Below the pieces are notes generated by a model, which worked only from the letters and a program-made list of their open reading frames with translations, was not told the DNA's origin and made no database searches. Positions 24,843 through 38,510 of a stretch of 64,000 nt of DNA are shown here, piece after piece (within the stretch, counting starts at the first letter, position 1; the number at the start of each line of letters is the position of its first letter). Location of the stretch: NCBI RefSeq assembly GCF_006345805.1, contig NC_043012.1, forward strand, positions 992,001 to 1,056,000, given 5' to 3'. The translations under genes were made by a program, and so were the position numbers. This stretch comes from Octopus sinensis (lineage: Eukaryota).

Positions 24843-24995
24843 AGGCCTGAAATTTGGGAGGTCGAGTAGTTCGACTACATCAAACCCAATTTTCAACTGG
24901 TACTTATTTTATCGACCCTGAGAGGATGAAAGGCAAAGTTGACCTCGGCAGAATTTGAACTCAGAATGTAGTGACAGGGGAAATATCACTAAGCA
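24843..24995 (-). mobile_element. SINE family C, head interrupted by the adjacent A copy
   Basis: GGATGAAAGGCAAAGTTGACCTCGGCAGAATTTGAACTCAGAA. Confidence 0.8.
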
Positions 24996-25002
24996 GGATA
25001 TG

Positions 25003-25428
25003 TAGGCGCAGGAGTGGCTGTGTGGTAAGTAGCTCGCTAACCAACCACATGGTTCTGGGTTCAGTCCCACTGCGTGGCATCTTGGGCAAGTGTCGTCTGC
25101 TATAGCCTCAGGCTGACCAAGCTTTGTGAGTGGATTTGGTAGACGGAAACTGAAAGAAGCCTATTGTATATATGTATATATATATAAGTGTGTGTGTATA
25201 TGTTTGTGTGTCTGTGTTTGCCCCCCTAGCATTGCTTGACAACCGATGCCGGTGTGTTTACGTCCCCGTCACTTAGCAGTTCGGCAAAAGAGACCGATAG
25301 AATAAGTACTGGGCTTACAAAGAATAAGTCCCGGGGTCGATTTGCTCGACTAAAAACAAGGCGGTGTTCCAGCATGGCTGCAGTCAAATGACTGAAACAA
25401 GTAAAAGAGTAAAAGGAGTAAAGAGAGT
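25003..25428 (+). mobile_element. SINE family A, full length
   Basis: Complete head to GAGTAAAA tail. Confidence 0.92.
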
Positions 25429-26029
25429 AATGGGAGAGCGTCATAGCCATGCGTTGAGAGAAAATCTTGAAGGTTTGAAGAATTCCCTTTTGGAAACTGC
25501 GTAGCAAACTTATTAATCCTACAACCATTCCTATGTTCATATTTTATGAAATTCCTCAAAATTCTTTATTATTTTAAAAATCAATCAAAATAAAAGGAAA
25601 GCTCATATAGAAGGCGTATTTCACTGGCAATATAATCCTGAAATTGTTTAGTAAAGTTTGAAAAAAAACTTTGCAATATTGGAAATTCTTAAAAGAAATG
25701 ATTCTTTTTAACTCCTTTTTTCTTCCTACACATTATGACATCAAAAAGAGTGCCACTCTGGAAATCAAAATCAAAGCCAAAAATTCCTTGCATGCTTCAC
25801 ATGAAAGCTAAAAGAAGAAATATTGTATTTACTTGTGTAGAGTGCAAGGAATTTAATACAATTGTGGTTAATATTTCAAGATAGTATTTTATTCAAGTGT
25901 AAAAAGGAATGATAAGGAGATGGAATACACAAAGGATTTTTAGGTGCAAAGCAATAGTCATGGGGTGCAGGGGGGGGGGTGTCACATTTGGTGCTGTGTT
26001 ATGTCTAAGTAAATAAATTCTCACTCTTA

Positions 26030-26258
26030 ACTCTCTTTTACTCTTTTACTTGTTTCAGTCATTTGACTGTGGCCATGCTGGAACACCACCTTTAGTCGAT
26101 CGAGCAAATCGACCCCAGGACTAATTCTTTGTAAGCCTAGTACTTATTCTATCGGTCTCTTTTGCCGAACTACCAAGTTACGGGGATGTAAACACACCAG
26201 CATCAGTTGGCAAGCTATGTTGGGGGGGACAGACACAGACACACAAACATATACACAC

Positions 26259-26296
<38 letters not shown>

Positions 26297-26658
26297 TTCA
26301 GTCCCACTGCGTGGCTCCTTGGGCAAGTGTCTTCTGCTATAGCCCCGGGCCGACCAATGCCTTGTGAGTGGATTTGGTAGACGGAAACTGAAAGAAGTCT
26401 GTCGTATATATGTATATATATATATGTGTGTGTGTATGTGTGTTTGTGTGTCTGTGTTTGTCCCCCTAGCATTGCTTGACAACTGATGCTGGTGTGTTTA
26501 CATCCCCGTCACTTAGCGGTTCGGCAAAAGAGACCGATAGAATAAGTACTGGGCTTACAAAGAATAAGTCCCAGGGTCGATTTGCTCGATTAAAGGCGGT
26601 GCTCCAGCATGGCCGCAGTCAAATGACTGAAACAAGTAAAAGAGAGAGAGTAAAAGAG
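26030..26658. mobile_element. Two oppositely oriented partial family A SINEs joined at a (TA)n tract
   Basis: 26030-26270 is a 3' half on minus; 26294-26658 is a plus copy starting at the B box. Confidence 0.88.
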
Positions 26659-26851
26659 AATATATATGATGAACCCTCATCGTCACAACCAATGGAGTGC
26701 CATGAGTATAGTTTCTTAGTGTCTTTAGTGGAGTTCTCTCTGCTCTGAGTGGTTTAATACAATCACACTGATCCTCTCTACCTAACTCTATTTCTTCTTA
26801 TGCATGGCTTAATGCAACCAGATGGTTCCCAAGGACCTAACCCTTATTTTG

Positions 26852-27167
26852 TGAATGCGCATGGCTCAGTGGTTAGAGCATCGAGCTTACAATCGTGAGG
26901 TTGTGAGTCCGAATCCCGGACCGGGCTGCATGTTGTGTTCTTTATTTGACATTGCTCCAGCTGTAGAAATGAGTTGCAACGTCACAGGTGAACAAGATGT
27001 ATCAGCCCCTTTGCCTTCCCCTTGGATAACACTTGTGGCCTGGAGAGGGGAGGCCAGTATGCATGGGCGACTGCTGGTCTTCCATAAACAACCTTGCCCG
27101 GACTTGTGCCTGGGAGGGTAACTTTCTAGGTGCAATCCCACGGTCAGTCATGACCGAAGGGGGTCTC
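26852..27167 (+). mobile_element. SINE family E copy
   Basis: Colinear with 21247-21584 with a small deletion in the CORE-like part. Confidence 0.88.
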
Positions 27168-28054
27168 AGCAACCCTTAGTTACCTTCTGTGGCTGCTTTA
27201 ATACCAAGGCTTGGCTATCTGAGTACTTTTGAAATATTTATTCAGTTACCTTTCCACTCTTACTTTTTAAGCAGATTTTCAGTCTGTAGTATCAAAAATA
27301 CATCAATTTCACTTATCTTGGAGTTGGGCCTGTAAATATCACAACCACTGCTTCTTCTTTTACTTTTCATCACTTCAATGAAAATGAAAAACAGGAACAA
27401 AAAAAAAGGTACCTGTAATGAATAGGATGAAAGAGTTTGTTCAAAGTTTATTTCTGAATACTATCCCTGTCTTTGACAGATAATTAAAGTCCCAAATGAA
27501 AAACTCTTATACTGAAGACAGGGAAACTCTTACAACACTGAGTGACCTTTTAGAAATTGAAGAGACAAATTTCCATTAAACCATATCCTACGATCTCAGA
27601 AAGGATGTTAGAGTATCAGAGAAAGACATATTTGTTCTAGCTCACAGCATTCTGAGTTCAAATTTCAAATACCTTCCACCCTTCCTACTCAACTCATTTT
27701 ACCAGTCACTTTCATAATGTACGTGATGCTTTTATTCATAGCACCAGCACTAGGGGAGTTACTTTGTCTTCAGCAAGGCTAAGGATCTATTGCAACCTTT
27801 GTGCTATCACTGCTCAGTTTAATTTACCAAGTGTTCTCAATGAGTCTAAGATGAGTCTAAGATGCATTTTTTTAGTGGTACAGACACTTGAGGAGTGGTG
27901 TTGTAGCTCGAAATGGCAAGGAAATTGTAATTAAGGTATGATGAAGGAAAACTCAAATTTACACTTGTGGGAGGATGTTAGTGAAGAAAGTAACAGAGGA
28001 ATAGTGTTTAGGAAGAATAATAGAGGAGACAAAGGAGTGGAGAATGGAAAGAAT

Positions 28055-28447
28055 AATTCTTTCTAATAAAGGTACAAGGCCTAACATTTTGTGGGAGGGG
28101 ACTAGTCAATTTCGTTGACCCCAGAGTTTCACTGGTATTTAATTTATTGACCCTGAAAGGATGAAAGGCTAAGAACGTAGTGATGGCTGAAATACCACTA
28201 AGCATTTTGCCCAGCGTGCTAATGTTTCTTATTTCCTTACTGCTCACAAGGGGCTACACACAGAGGGGACAAACAAGGACAGACAAATGGATTAAGTCAA
28301 TAATATCGACCCCAGTGCATAATCGACCCCAAAAGGATGAAAGGCAAAATTGACCTCACTGGAATTTGAACTCAGAATGTAGCAGCGGACGAAATACCGC
28401 TAAGCATTTCGTCCCACGTGCTAACGTTTCTGCCAGCTCACCACCTT
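28055..28447 (-). mobile_element. Nested or tandem family C SINEs with two tail types
   Basis: Two GGATGAAAGGC motifs; tails AAGGCCTAACATTTTG and GGGGCTACACACAGAGGGGACAAAC. Confidence 0.8.
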
Positions 28448-28784
28448 AGAATGGGAAGAATAATAACAGGGATCTATATGAAAGGGAGGAGGGAGACAAA
28501 GTGGTGAGAGTAATGAGGTGGGTTGAGAAGGTGGAGCTAATCAAGTACTGGAGTTGACACTTCTCACCCTGTCTGTGTCACTATCTGGTTGTCTCTCTCA
28601 CTCTCTCTCTCTCTTTCCTCCCTCCCTCTCTCTCTCTTTCTCTTGCATTCTCTCTGAATTAATTATATTTTGTTGTGGGAAGGGCCATGGGGAATCATCT
28701 ACAACATTCATTTCTCTAGAAATAGCAGAAGGCTTTACGCTAAGGGCAAACAAACCTTTTATTATTTTTTTGACAAAATATCTG

Positions 28785-29010
28785 TTTCTTTATTGCCCAC
28801 AAGGGGCTACACACAGAGGGGACAAACAAGGACAGACAAACGGATTAAGTCGATTACATCGACCCCAGTGCATAACTGGTACTTAATTTATCGACCCCAA
28901 AAGGATGAAAGGCAAAGTCGACCTCAGCGGAATTTGAACTCAGAACGCAACGACAGACGCAATACCGCTAAGCATTGCGCCCGGTATGCTAACGTTTCTG
29001 CCAGCTCGCC
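28785..29010 (-). mobile_element. SINE family C, young copy
   Basis: CpG-rich, colinear with 28228-28447. Confidence 0.88.
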
Positions 29011-29666
29011 TTTTGACAAAATATCTTATATATATCTGGAGTTGTCTCCAAAAATGACCTGTTGTGGGAGCACATCGTGGAACTGAGATAAAGAAAGAAA
29101 AATATCTTAATAAAAAGTGAAAAAAAAAAAGTCAAAAAGACACAAATCGAGGACTGCAATGGATATGGTAATAATTTAAGATACATGAAACCCGAAACAG
29201 TTTTTCAATCAGGACGCCACATGGAGCCAAACAACAACAGTATCAGCAGCTACAGCTACAACAACAAGCACAGAAAATAAATCATACAACAAAGTGAAAA
29301 GCAATGAAAAAAAAAGGGAAGAAAATAGAAAAAAAAAACAAACAAATCTGAAATCAAATGAAAAATATGGTATGGTTCCAAGGAACTGGTATTTGGCAAC
29401 ATGTTCTGAAGTGAAAAGGGAAAACAGAATTCATGATTAATGATAAATTCAGCACAGGATAAAAATAGATGAACCGAGGAATCTATTTTCGGATATTCAT
29501 GAATCTTGGGACAGTTTTCATTAGAAACCTTCTGAAAGACTTTCACATAAATAGTCTAATTATACACTCGCTCACTCACTCACACCTCCACCACACCACA
29601 GATTCATGAATGCTTTCACACATGCACACATGTGTATATATGTGTGTATGTCCATCTGTAATTACA

Positions 29667-30080
29667 TAGGCGCAGGAGTGGCTGTGTGGTAAGTAGCTTG
29701 CTAACCAACCACATGGTTCTGGGTTCAGTCCCACTGCGTGGCATCTTGGGCAAGTGTCTTCTGCTATAGCCCTGGGCTGACCAATGCCTTGTGAGTGGAT
29801 TTGGTTGACGGAAACTGAAAGAAGCCCGTCGTATATATGTATACTTATATATATATGTGTGTGTGTGTGTTTGTGTGTCTGTGTTTGTCCCCCTAGCATT
29901 GCTTGACAACCGATGCTGGTGTGTTTACGTCCCCGTCACTTAGCGGTTCGGCAAAAGAGACTGATAGAATAAGTACTGGGCTTACAAAGAATAAGTCCTG
30001 GGGTCGATTTGCTTGACTAAAGGCGGTGCTCCAGCATGGCCGCAGTCAAATGACTGAAACAAGTAAAAGAGTAAAGAGTA
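29667..30080 (+). mobile_element. SINE family A, full length
   Basis: Complete head to tail. Confidence 0.92.
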
Positions 30081-30604
30081 AGCAATAATGTGTAATTGTT
30101 CATTTGCTTTACATCCAATTCTTCCTTTTTAGTGTGTGTGCCAGCATGGGTTAGGTGAATATATTATTTGGACAATTTTTTTTTTACAGTGAGATATTTT
30201 TCCTGCTACTATTCCCATGCCCAATTTTCAAATAAGGGATCACTTATTCCACATGTCTCCAAATGCACAAGCCCAAGGGACAATTTGTTGAGAGGAAAAT
30301 AACTACAGTGTCCTTACTTCTGACTTAGTGATTTTCAAAGAAGTGCGAATAGAAAATTTAAACAAACAAGCATACACACACAGACGTGTGTATATGCATG
30401 TATGTATGTATGTATGTATGTATGTATGTATGTATGTATGTATGTATGTGTAGTTTGTGCGCATGTATGTATGCATATATATATATCTAATTATATATAT
30501 ATGTATATATATATATATAATATATATATATATATGTACATACACACACACACACACACAACACACATATATATATATTCATATATATATATATATGTAT
30601 ATAC

Positions 30605-30645
<41 letters not shown>

Positions 30646-30685
30646 ATATATATATATATACATATACATATACTATACATACACA

Positions 30686-30723
<38 letters not shown>

Positions 30724-31071
30724 TAACACACATATATACTGCAATGCAGTACAATACAGAAAGTCTATTTTGATACGTATGCAAGAATGGAATCTGTAAG
30801 AATGGAAGTGAAGTGGGGTAAGGAAGGGGGTCAAGAGTTAGTGGGGGAGTGGAGTGGTTGGGGTAATGTGGAGCGTGAGGGCAATTAGTTACTGTGTAAA
30901 TTATTTGTGCTAATGAAAAGCTGCAATCATTCTGTTTCCCTTCGATTCTTCCCTCCCTTGAACACTTCTATATAAATACGAGAGAGAGACCAGACCAAAT
31001 AACCTTAGCAATCATTTCTTGAATAATTCCCAATAAATTAGGAGAAGAACCCCTTTCCTTCTTCTCACAGA

Positions 31072-31209
31072 ATGACTATGATGATGATGATGATGATGAT
31101 GATGATGTTGATGATGATAACAAACAACTATGATAATGAGGAAAATATTAATAATGATAATAATGATAATATAATAATGATGATAATGATAGTGATGAAG
31201 TTATTAGAT

Positions 31210-31251
<42 letters not shown>

Positions 31252-31351
31252 TATAATAATAATAATGAAAATTATAATAATAATAATAATAATAATAATG
31301 ATAATAATAATTATAATTATAATAATAATAATGAAAATTATAATAATAATA

Positions 31352-31407
<56 letters not shown>

Positions 31408-31440
31408 GCAATAATAGCAATGTTGTTGATGATAATAATT
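31072..31440. repeat. (GAT)n/(AAT)n microsatellite
   Basis: Direct reading. Confidence 0.95.
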
Positions 31441-31647
31441 AGACAATCAGGATAATTGAGTTAATGAGATTGTCTGAGATATTAATTAATTTATGAAATA
31501 ATATGAGGGAATCGGAAGTGCATCGGTTGCTGTTGTTGTTATTGTTGTGATTGTCTACCATATATTTCCCCTCGTTTTGTTGACCTCGTCTGGCTAACGT
31601 TCCCAAGACTGAGACACAGACAGACAGACAGGCTGACAAAGACAGAC

Positions 31648-31688
<41 letters not shown>

Positions 31689-31926
31689 TAGACACACACG
31701 CAGATGAATCTCACAGACCGGCAGACAGGGAAGGAAAGCCTTGCGTTAATTATCGGTGTGCATAGTAATTTTAATCCTTAATAAACTTGTAGCCAATAAG
31801 CTTCTCAAGATAGAAACCCATTATAATGAATGCTGTGGTCGAACGCTTTATTGCAGTGCTGACAAGATTAATACCTCGTAATTGCAGCGTGTGCAGTATA
31901 CCACTTTCATATCCCAACAAAATTAT

Positions 31927-32315
31927 ACTCTCTTTTCACTCTTTTACTTGTTTCAGTCATTTGACTGTGGTCATGCTGGAGCACTGCATTTAGTTGTTCA
32001 AATCGACCACAGGACTTATTCTTTGCAAGCCTAGCACTTATCCTATCGGTTTCTTTTTGCTGAACCGCTAAGTTGCGGGGACGCAAACGCACCAGCATCG
32101 GTTGTCAAGTGATGTTGGCGGGGGGGACAAACACAGACACACAAACACACACACATATACATACATATACATATATACGACAGGCTTCTTTCAGTTTCTG
32201 TCTACTAAATCCACTCACAAGACTTTGGTCAGCCCGAGGCTATAGTAGAGGACACTTGCCCAAGGTGCCATGCAGTGGGACTGAACCTGGAACCATGTGG
32301 TTGGTAAGCAAGCTA
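31927..32315 (-). mobile_element. SINE family A, lacking first ~25 nt
   Basis: Colinear with other copies. Confidence 0.9.
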
Positions 32316-32629
32316 TAAATTGTATTAATTTCTCTTTTTTATTTGTCTCCATAATTCAACAGCATCTATGCTGGGGGTAGTGGCACCTTAGAGGATTTAG
32401 TCAAATAAATTGACCCTAGGACTTTTTTCCCTTTTAAAAAACTGGCGCTTATTCTATTAGGTAGCTTTGCTAAATTGCTATGGAAACGAGCCGACACTGA
32501 TTGGGGACAAACAACACAAACACAAAATACACATGCACATACATAAGGAGCTCTCAATGCCAGTGCCCCCTCACTGGCTTTATTTCACTAGAATTCTTAT
32601 ATGTTTACAAGAGCTAGATAGGCATCTCT

Positions 32630-33278
32630 AACTAGCAGACCACGCAACTCCAGACTTGCCTCTCTACTCTCACTTTCCTTTTCAAGTGATACTTGAAGAA
32701 GTTGATGAGAGGTTGACCAGAGAGGAAAGTGTTTGTCTCCAATCCTTTCAGACGCGTCCACCAGATCAGATGCATTCTTTCACCATAGCCACAAGATGAT
32801 GAAAATAGCTCTTCCTTCCCGTTTGAAGGAAGGAGGCGTGACAATATTGACGATAGACTCGGCTGATAAACTGACTCGTCCCACACATGACAGCAGTCGT
32901 TCGACATAAGCCCACAGGTCGGAAATTGTTGGACACTGCATGAGTGCGTGCAGAACAGTTTCGACGCTCTGACCGCATCTTGGGCAGGTCGGCCCCATGT
33001 TTCTCGAGCCGTGTCTGTAGAGCTTATCCCGAACGGGTAGCGTTTCTTGGTAGCACTGCCAGGCCAGGGATCTCTGGAAGTTGTCCATGGGCCCTGGCCC
33101 AAAAGTCGTCCTGAACAGGCAGGTCAGGTATTCCTCATCGACGTCCAGGTTCGCCCTGAGCTCGTCGTTGTACCTCCCCTCCACTAATCCCCTATAGAAT
33201 GCTTGGGTTGTGTTGGAGTCACTCAAGGTCGACCCGGGACAGCATAGTTGTTTGAGAGCAACACGGCACTCGCGGTGA
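32630..33278 (-). mobile_element. L1/Tx1-like LINE ORF2 C-terminal fragment (zf-RVT region)
   Basis: LAWQCYQETLPVRDKL...CPRCGQSVETVLHALMQCP (C-x2-C..ET..H..C); GC-richer than flanks; frameshifted near 32800. Confidence 0.85.
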
Positions 33279-33290
33279 CAGACAGTTAGG

Positions 33291-33354
<64 letters not shown>

Positions 33355-33713
33355 TAGACAAGCAGACAAATAGATAGGTACTTAAACTAGAGTGTGAGTT
33401 CTAGTTGTGTCTTCTACTCAAACGAGAGTGCAAGTGCTCATCATATCCTATACTCAGGCTGGAGTGTGCAGTATAGTTATGTCCTTATACAGAAAGAGGG
33501 AGATTGAGTCCTGGTCATATCGTCTACTCCAGTGGTTCTCAACCAGGGTCCATTTGGCCCCTGAGAGTCCACGTAAGATTTTCAGGGGTCCACACAGCAA
33601 AATAGTAAATTAGGGATTCACAGTAGCATCTCTTTTAGGGGTCCCTGATGAAATTTTGCTCTTGGTATGTATTGCAAGAAATGGCTAGGTTTCTTTCTCT
33701 AACATTTTACATA

Positions 33714-34103
33714 CATAGGCAGTGTGGTAAGTAGCTTGCATACAAACTAGATGGTTCCAGGTTCAGTCCTACTGCATGGCACCTTGAGCAAGTGTCTTCT
33801 GCTATAGCCTCGGACCAACCAAAGCCTTGTGAGTGGATTTGGTAGAGGGAAACTGAAAGAAGCCCATCGTATATATGTTTATGTATGTGCGTATATATGT
33901 TTGTGTGTTTGACCCTCCAACATCGCTTGACAACCAATGCTGGTGTGTTTACATCCCCGTAACTTAGCGGTTTGGCAAAAGAGTCTGATAGAATAAGTAC
34001 TAGGCTTACAAAGAATAAGTCCTGGGGTCGATGTGCTCGACTAAAGGCGGTGCTCCAGCATGGCCACAGTCGAATTACTGAAACAAGTAAAAGAGTAAAA
34101 GAG
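33714..34103 (+). mobile_element. SINE family A nested in hAT MITE
   Basis: Head to tail match. Confidence 0.9.
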
Positions 34104-34129
34104 AGAGGCAGTAAGAGTTGAACCTAGAC

Positions 34130-34542
34130 ATAGGCGCAGGAGTGGCTGTGTGGTAAGTAGCTTGTTTACCAACCACATGGTCCCGGGTTCAGTTCCACTG
34201 CGTGGCACCTTGGGCAAGTGTTTTCTACTATAGCCTCGGGCCAACGAAAGCCTTGTGAGTGGATTTGGTAGACAGAAACTGAAAGAAGCCCGTCGTATAT
34301 ATGTATATATATATATGTATGTGTGTGTGTGTCTGTGTGTCATTGCTTGACAACCGATGTGTGTCATTGCTTGACAACCGATGCTGGTGTGTTTACGTCC
34401 CCGTCACTTAGCGGTTCGGCAAAAGAGACCGATAAAATAAGTACTGGGCTTACAAAGCAATAAGTCTCTGGGTCGAGTTGCTCGATTAAAGGCGGTGCTC
34501 CAGCATGGCCGCAGTCAAATGACTGAAACAAGTAAAGAGTAA
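34130..34542 (+). mobile_element. Second SINE family A nested in hAT MITE
   Basis: Head to tail match; internal duplication of GTGTCATTGCTTGACAACCGATG. Confidence 0.9.
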
Positions 34543-34770
34543 GTTAATAGGTGAAAAACAGAATAGGAATTTTGAAAAATGAGTCTATAAAACTAGTTTT
34601 TAAACATTGAATGGGTTTGAGGGGTACAGCAGAATGAAATTGTAATCAAAGGGGTCCATAGACAACAAATGGTTGAGAACCTCTGGTCTACTCAAACTGG
34701 AGTATGTGTCTTAATCATGTTGTGGGCTTCAATTGAAGCAATTCAGAAAATAATGATCACTTACTCTTCT

Positions 34771-35044
34771 ACTCTTTTACTCTTTTACTCTTTTACTTGT
34801 TTCAGTCATTTGACTGTGGCCATGCTGGAGCACCGCTTTTTGTCAAGCAAATTGACCCCAGGACTTACTCTTTGTAAGCCTAGTACTTATTCTATCGGTC
34901 TCTTTTGCTGAACCACTAAGTTACGGGGACGTAAACACACCAGCATCGGTTGTCAAGCGATGTTGGGGGGAGGGCAAACATAGACACACAAACATATACA
35001 CACACATACACACACACACACTCACACACACACACACACACACA

Positions 35045-35075
<31 letters not shown>

Positions 35076-35145
35076 CGATGGGCTTCTTTTAGTTTCCATT
35101 TATCAAACCCACTCACAAGATTTTGGTCAACCCGAAGCTATAGAA
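34771..35145 (-). mobile_element. SINE family A, 5'-truncated
   Basis: Family match. Confidence 0.88.
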
Positions 35146-35590
35146 GTAATTAAAAATTTAAATATAGTAATTAAAAAATGAGCCTCATGTAGTTATTTCA
35201 TTAGCTGTTTCATCTTATCTAAGAACCCCCCCGCCCCCAGCAAAGAAACATTTTTATGGTGATTTAATTTGTTAGAAATAGCCTGCTAATGTACCTCAGA
35301 TCATGCTCTGCCCTCTTAAGAAAAATAGAAAAAAAAACATGAAGGCAACATTGGATAATGTAGTCCTAGATATGCTATGCCTGAAAATTAGGGAAGAAAA
35401 TGATACTCATGGATAAAGCCCTTTTGATCAGAAGCCCTCTCTCTATTACCAAGAGTTTATTTGAGGTCAGGAGAGGTTACCTGCGGCCAATGACTTAGCA
35501 ACACAACAACAACAGCAGCAACGAGATAAGATATATTTTACTATTTTTTTTTTAATGCTTTTATTTTTTGGTTTTACCCTCCTGAGAATA

Positions 35591-35990
35591 ACTCTTTTAC
35601 TTGTTTCAGTCATTTGACTGTGGCCATGCTGGAGCACCGCATTTAGTCAAGCAAATCGACCCCGGGACTTATTCTTTGTAAGCCCAGTACTTATTCTATT
35701 GGTCTCTTTTGCTGAACTGCTAAGTTATGGGGACGTAAACACACCAGCATCGGTTGTCAAGCAATGCTAGAGGGACAAACACAGGCACACAAACATACAC
35801 ACACACATACATATATATATATATACATATATACGACAGGCTTCTTTCAGTTTCCGGTCTACCAAATCCACTCACAAGGCATTGGTCGGCCCAGGGCTAT
35901 AGCAGAAGACACTTGCCCAAGGTGCCACGCAGTGGGACTGAACCCGGAACCATGTGGTTGGTAAGCAAGCTACTTACCACGCAGCCACTC
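35591..35990 (-). mobile_element. SINE family A, near full length
   Basis: Family match. Confidence 0.9.
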
Positions 35991-36317
35991 CAGCTTTTTT
36001 ATTTTTCTTTTCTTTTTTTTTGTTGATGAACAGATGAGAGCAGATGGAGAGACAGAAGAAATCTACCGAGATAAATACTGTAACTTCCGACGAATGTTTA
36101 AACTGGGGCAGTAAAACTAGTGTGGAAAAACAAATCAGTGATTTTATTTGGAGATGTTGTTGCTATGTCAATCTTCTCAATGATAATAGATCCATCATAA
36201 ACATACTTAGCCGACGCAGCTATTTCTAGCAAGCTCCATCAATACTGATCAATTGATTTGCTATTTTATTTCGTTTGTCGTTACTCTCCCTTTAATTTTT
36301 TTTAATTTCATCATTAC

Positions 36318-36355
<38 letters not shown>

Positions 36356-36869
36356 CCATCATTATTATTATTAGTATTTTTTTTTTGTTTTATTTGGTTT
36401 TTTTTTTTGTTTTTGCTCTGTAAGCTAGGCTGTTTTGGCAATACGATTCTTGGCGGTATGTGTTTGTTTACCTCTTTGACTAATTAATGCGGTAGCTTTT
36501 TCTCGATGTGTATGAAGAAAAGACCAAAAACAAAAAAAAAAGCAAAAAAAAACACAAAAACACAAAAAAAAAACAAACGAAGCAAAGCGTAAAATAAATA
36601 TACAAGTACAATAACGATGACGACAACAACAACAACGCCATCATCCCCGCCGACACCATTGCCATTACCACCGCCACCGCCACTGCCACCGCCAACAACA
36701 ACAATAACAACAACAACAATGTCAACAAACTGCAGCAGAAAGAAGAAAAGCAAAGAAATATAACAAAAATAAAAATAAACATCAAACACAAGGAATTTTA
36801 CTCTTTTATTTTGTTTTTTTTTGAATAAGAAATTAAATTTCAACTTTTAATATATCTCGTTATAGCAAA

Positions 36870-37355
36870 TAGTAATGATGATGATAATGATGATGTTGGT
36901 GGTGATGATGTTGTAGTTGTTGTTGGTGGTGGTGGTGGTAAGGTGGTATGGTGGTGGTGGTGGTGGTGGTGGTATGGTAGTGGTGATTGTAGTATGGTGG
37001 TGGTGGTGGTGGCGGTGGTGAGATAGAGAGAGAGACAGACAAACTGACAAACAGAGACAGACAGACAGACAGACAGACTGACTGACAGAGACGGACAGAG
37101 AGACAGACAAACTGACAGACAGACATACCCACAGAGAGAGAAAGAGAGGCAGAGAGAGAGAGACAGACAGACAGACAGAGTGGGACAGATATACTCAGAG
37201 AGACAGAGAGACAGGCAGACAAACAGACAGACATACAAGCAGACAGACAGATAGACTGACAGAGACGGACAGACAGAGACAGACAAACTGACAAACAGAC
37301 ATACTTACAGAGAGAGAAAGAGAGAGAGAGATAGAGACAGACAGACAGACAGAGA
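36870..37355. repeat. (GGT)n then (GACA)n/(GA)n compound microsatellite
   Basis: Direct reading. Confidence 0.92.
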
Positions 37356-38008
37356 GCTGTGCTATCATTTGAGGGGTTGATAGGTACTCACATTTCAACC
37401 AAGGACATGGCGTACCTTAAACAATAATACAAAGTACTGCCTGGTCTAAGAACTGAACCTGCAAACTTATGATCTCCAGGCCCACGTTCTAAATGCTATG
37501 CCATGTGCCTACACATAGCACTGGAAACAGTTAACCCGCAAAAGAAATAAAATGGAATTTCTCACTCGGAGTGGGAATGACAGCGTCAGCCACTTCAGGT
37601 CAGTTAAGAAACGCCAGAGGTTCTAGATTACTCTAACTAACAAGGATGAGTGTCTTCTCCCAGATGTATTTTCCAGACTACAGCCGGACCTGTTCACTTG
37701 GGTTAATCTCAGTTGTAGCATGTTCAGGGTTCTGAAGTGCTACTCACCCAGCCTTGATGAGGATTATTCAATGTTATTGGTATTGGTGGTATAATAATCT
37801 GTACTTGGTAGACTCTTAGAAGTAGTTAGAGAGAGGAGGACTTCCAGATCCAGTTTCTGGGATCAGTCTGTTTTCTAATATGAGATGACATGAACAATCA
37901 TGATCTGTTCGATTCATGTCAGCAGTATGTAGAACAACAACGATGACACATACACATACACACACACACCACACACACAATACAAGTATATATATATATA
38001 TTTCTCGT

Positions 38009-38201
38009 CTGGCACCTGTGCTGGTGGCACGTAAAAAGCACCTACTACACTCATGGAGTGGTTGGCGTTAGGAAGGGCATCCAGCCGTAGAAACATTGCC
38101 AGATCAGACTGGGCCTGGTGCAGCCTTCTGGCTTCCCAGACCCCAGTTGAACCGTCCAACCCATGCTAGCATGGAGAGCGGACGCTAAACGATGATGATG
38201 A
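38009..38201 (+). mobile_element. Family B tail copy
   Basis: Motif match and (GAT)n end. Confidence 0.88.
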
Positions 38202-38210
38202 TACATACAT

Positions 38211-38510
38211 GTGGAGGCACATGGTCTATTGGTTAGAGCAGCAGACTCGCGGTCGAGGGATCATGGGTTCAAATCTCATACCAGGTGATGTGTGTGTTTA
38301 TGAGGGAAACACCTAAGCTCCACTCGGCTCTGGCAGAAGGTAATGGCAAACTTCTGCTGATTCTTTCACCACAACTTTCTCTCACTCTCTCCTCCTGCAT
38401 CTTGCAGCTCACTTGCGATGGACTGGTGTCCCATCCAGGTGGGGAACATATACGCCAAGGAAACCGGAAAACTGGCCCTAATGAGCCAGGTGTGGCTTGA
38501 GAAGGAACAA
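38211..38510 (+). mobile_element. SINE with family-D head and V-domain-like body
   Basis: tRNA-like head; CACCACAACTTTCTCTCACTC shared with D; CTTGCGATGGACTGGTGTCCCATCCAGG resembles the V-SINE central domain as recalled. Confidence 0.75.

Larger units (their letters stand above)
33530..34685. mobile_element. hAT (Charlie-like) MITE carrying two inserted SINEs
   Basis: TIR CAGTGGTTCTCAACC / GGTTGAGAACCTCTG; perfect 8-bp TSD GTCTACTC at 33522-33529 and 34686-34693. Confidence 0.92.

Noticed and set aside
37741-37845. Possible minus-strand micro-exon (CTAAC..TAAG acceptor, GTGAGT donor, frame VYQVQIIIPPIPITLNNPHQGW)
   Set aside because: Splice-like signals only; no recognisable protein or partner exon, and such motifs arise by chance
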